Positions 62,549-64,000 of a stretch of DNA of 64,000 nucleotides are shown one piece after another. The stretch's first letter is position 1. Every line of letters starts with the position of its first letter. Origin of the DNA: Acidobacteriaceae bacterium. Its GTDB lineage: Bacteria; Acidobacteriota; Terriglobia; Terriglobales; Acidobacteriaceae. The notes below the pieces were generated by a model. That model was not told where the DNA came from and did not search any database. It saw only the letters and a program-made list of their open reading frames with translations. A program made the translations under genes and the position numbers. The stretch lies in contig JASHNS010000042.1 in the NCBI GenBank assembly GCA_030041515.1, positions 24,067-88,066 on the forward strand, read 5' to 3'.

Positions 62549-64000
62549 TTAGAAGCTGAAGCGAGCCTGAAAATCGATCATTCTGGATCCGAGCGCACTG
62601 CCCGCCTGGCCCAGATTCGAACTCTGAATATTCGTGGAAAGACTGCTTGGGTTGATGTTCAACAGGTTGAAGGCGTTGAACATGTTGGCCTTGATCGTGA
62701 ACTGCGCGGCATCGCCGAGCAGCCGAGTCTCCGGCAACCCGAAAGATTTCGCAAGATTCAGGTCGATGTCCCGATAACTCGGGCCGTGGAAGTTATTCCG
62801 GCCGATGCCCGGCGCGGGCAGAGAAAGCCCGGCGACTTGCCCCGGATTGTCGGCGATCGCACTGGAGTAATCCGGGACCTCAAAGTAATTGTTTTTGAAC
62901 ATGTTGTTATCGGTGCCGGTGGTTGCAGTCCCCGGATTGGTGAAGTTGGTGCCGTTTTCAAAGGCCTTGTTGCTGGTGTCGGTTCCGCCTCCGCCCAGGT
63001 AGATCGGACGCAGGCTCGGATAGCCGTAATTACACACGTTGCAATAGATTTGATGCGGCGCCGTGTAGGAGGGCGTCCATCCATAACCGGAATGGAGCGT
63101 CATGATGCCGCTGAGCGCCCAGCCGCCCGCGACCTTTTCCATAAACGGGTGCCCACCATGGAAGAGCACCGGCTGCCAGACCCCATACAGTTTGAAGTAG
63201 TTCCGGATGTCGAAGTCGGAGGTGCCGTAGGAGTAGTTCGTGTCGAAGATGTAGGGGCTGCGGAAATACGGCCCCGAGTTCATATCGAAGCTGTGCGCCC
63301 AGGTATACTGCGCGTCCAGGCTGAAGCTCTGGGTGAACTGGTGCTTCACCCCGGCGAGCATCATGTTGTTGTGCGATTTGCCCAGGTCGCCAAAGGTGTT
63401 GACGCTGTTCACCAGAGGATTCAGCGCTGCTCCCTGCGTCACGACGCCCCAGCCATTGGCATCGTAATCCCATACCAGATTGCGGCCGACGCTGCCCATG
63501 TAGCCCAGGTTCCACACCCAGCCCTGCGCCAGTTCCTGCTCCACTTCGAGAGAGTAGTGCTGCTCATACTCGGTAGGCAGAGTGTTCTGCACCGCGCTCA
63601 GGTTGGCTCCGCCCGCGGTCGGCAGACCTGCGGAGTTGAAGGAAATGATCGCATGGGGGTTTGGCGGATAGCCATTGATGTTGGTCGGGCTACTGGAAAT
63701 GGCGTAGACAACGTCCGGATTGATGTGGGCCGGACTGGTGCTTGAGTTGGAAATGTAATTCGTGCCCGGAGGATTGTTATCGTCGTTGTTGGAGTTGGCG
63801 ATCTGGAATTCGTTGTAGGCGATCCCGTAGCCGCCCCGAACGACCACCTTGCTGTGGAACATGCCAGGGCTCCAGTTGAAGCCCAGGTCGGGACCGAAGT
63901 TGCCCTTCTGCGCGTTCCACTCGCCACCACTGTGGCGCAGGCTGATGTCCGTCAGGTAGCTGGAGCCGCTGCCGAAAAGCAGCACGCCCATGTTGTTGTC
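62549..64000 (-). CDS. TonB-dependent receptor (acidobacterial large type), C-terminal barrel portion; the N-terminus lies outside the window
   Basis: The frame stays open through base 64000. The beta-barrel sequence resembles the 7711-11250 receptor (FGRN..WDYD.., NFDIRN, SFGLPE motifs) and ends ...IDFQARFSF. Confidence 0.85.
   Translation of the reverse strand, partial: DNNMGVLLFGSGSSYLTDISLRHSGGEWNAQKGNFGPDLGFNWSPGMFHSKVVVRGGYGIAYNEFQIANSNNDDNNPPGTNYISNSSTSPAHINPDVVYAISSSPTNINGYPPNPHAIISFNSAGLPTAGGANLSAVQNTLPTEYEQHYSLEVEQELAQGWVWNLGYMGSVGRNLVWDYDANGWGVVTQGAALNPLVNSVNTFGDLGKSHNNMMLAGVKHQFTQSFSLDAQYTWAHSFDMNSGPYFRSPYIFDTNYSYGTSDFDIRNYFKLYGVWQPVLFHGGHPFMEKVAGGWALSGIMTLHSGYGWTPSYTAPHQIYCNVCNYGYPSLRPIYLGGGGTDTSNKAFENGTNFTNPGTATTGTDNNMFKNNYFEVPDYSSAIADNPGQVAGLSLPAPGIGRNNFHGPSYRDIDLNLAKSFGLPETRLLGDAAQFTIKANMFNAFNLLNINPSSLSTNIQSSNLGQAGSALGSRMIDFQARFSF

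Overview
This is a 64-kb chromosomal segment from a high-GC Gram-negative bacterium (about 63-66% GC by eye). It is almost certainly Acidobacteriota (Terriglobia-like): it has a PadR regulator fused by overlap to an ADOP-type duplicated orphan FtsX permease, very large CarboxypepD_reg-type TonB-dependent receptors, and CRTAC1/TPR genes. I can support about 51 protein genes and 2 tRNAs. I see no rRNA, CRISPR, transposase, integrase or phage genes.

Gene blocks, in order:
- 1-14.0 kb: a glycan-utilisation neighbourhood. It holds a GH30 fragment, an MFS transporter, a LacI regulator, CRTAC1, two TPR proteins, a TonB-dependent receptor and a GH30-CBM6 enzyme. A shared AGACAAnCGATT operator-like motif recurs at three promoter regions.
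- 14.3-19.9 kb: PadR-ADOP permease, then TetR with two SDR genes.
- 20.1-26.8 kb: an efflux-like operon with three tandem HlyD adaptors, one ATPase-less MacB-type permease and a TolC-family protein.
- 26.9-28.3 kb: tRNA-Ala(CGC) directly downstream of a free-standing AlaX-L editing protein.
- 28.5-35.1 kb: an ArsB/NhaD permease, then fabZ-lpxA converging on skp-bamA.
- 35.5-41.6 kb: an OmpR-family regulator, DinB, a PhoR-like kinase, a cupin and a cytoplasmic molybdopterin oxidoreductase, followed by Crp/Fnr.
- 42.1-44.2 kb: small unknown genes and a CDF transporter.
- 44.3-53.8 kb: housekeeping genes hslVU, ispE, tRNA-Gln, prs, rplY, pth, rpsF, rpsR and rplI.
- 54.1-64.0 kb: a zinc alcohol dehydrogenase, a large repeat lipoprotein, a TIM-barrel gene, asnS, arginase, GH39 and a second, partial TonB-dependent receptor.

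Most worth a second look:
- the triple-adaptor, ATPase-less pump operon
- the AlaX plus tRNA-Ala pairing
- an HslV with no start codon next to its catalytic Thr, implying a 34-aa prosequence
- a two-component operon interrupted by DinB
- the LacI-type operator architecture
- a family of intergenic hairpin repeats

Many very long ORFs in the track are antisense shadows typical of high-GC DNA, and I rejected them.
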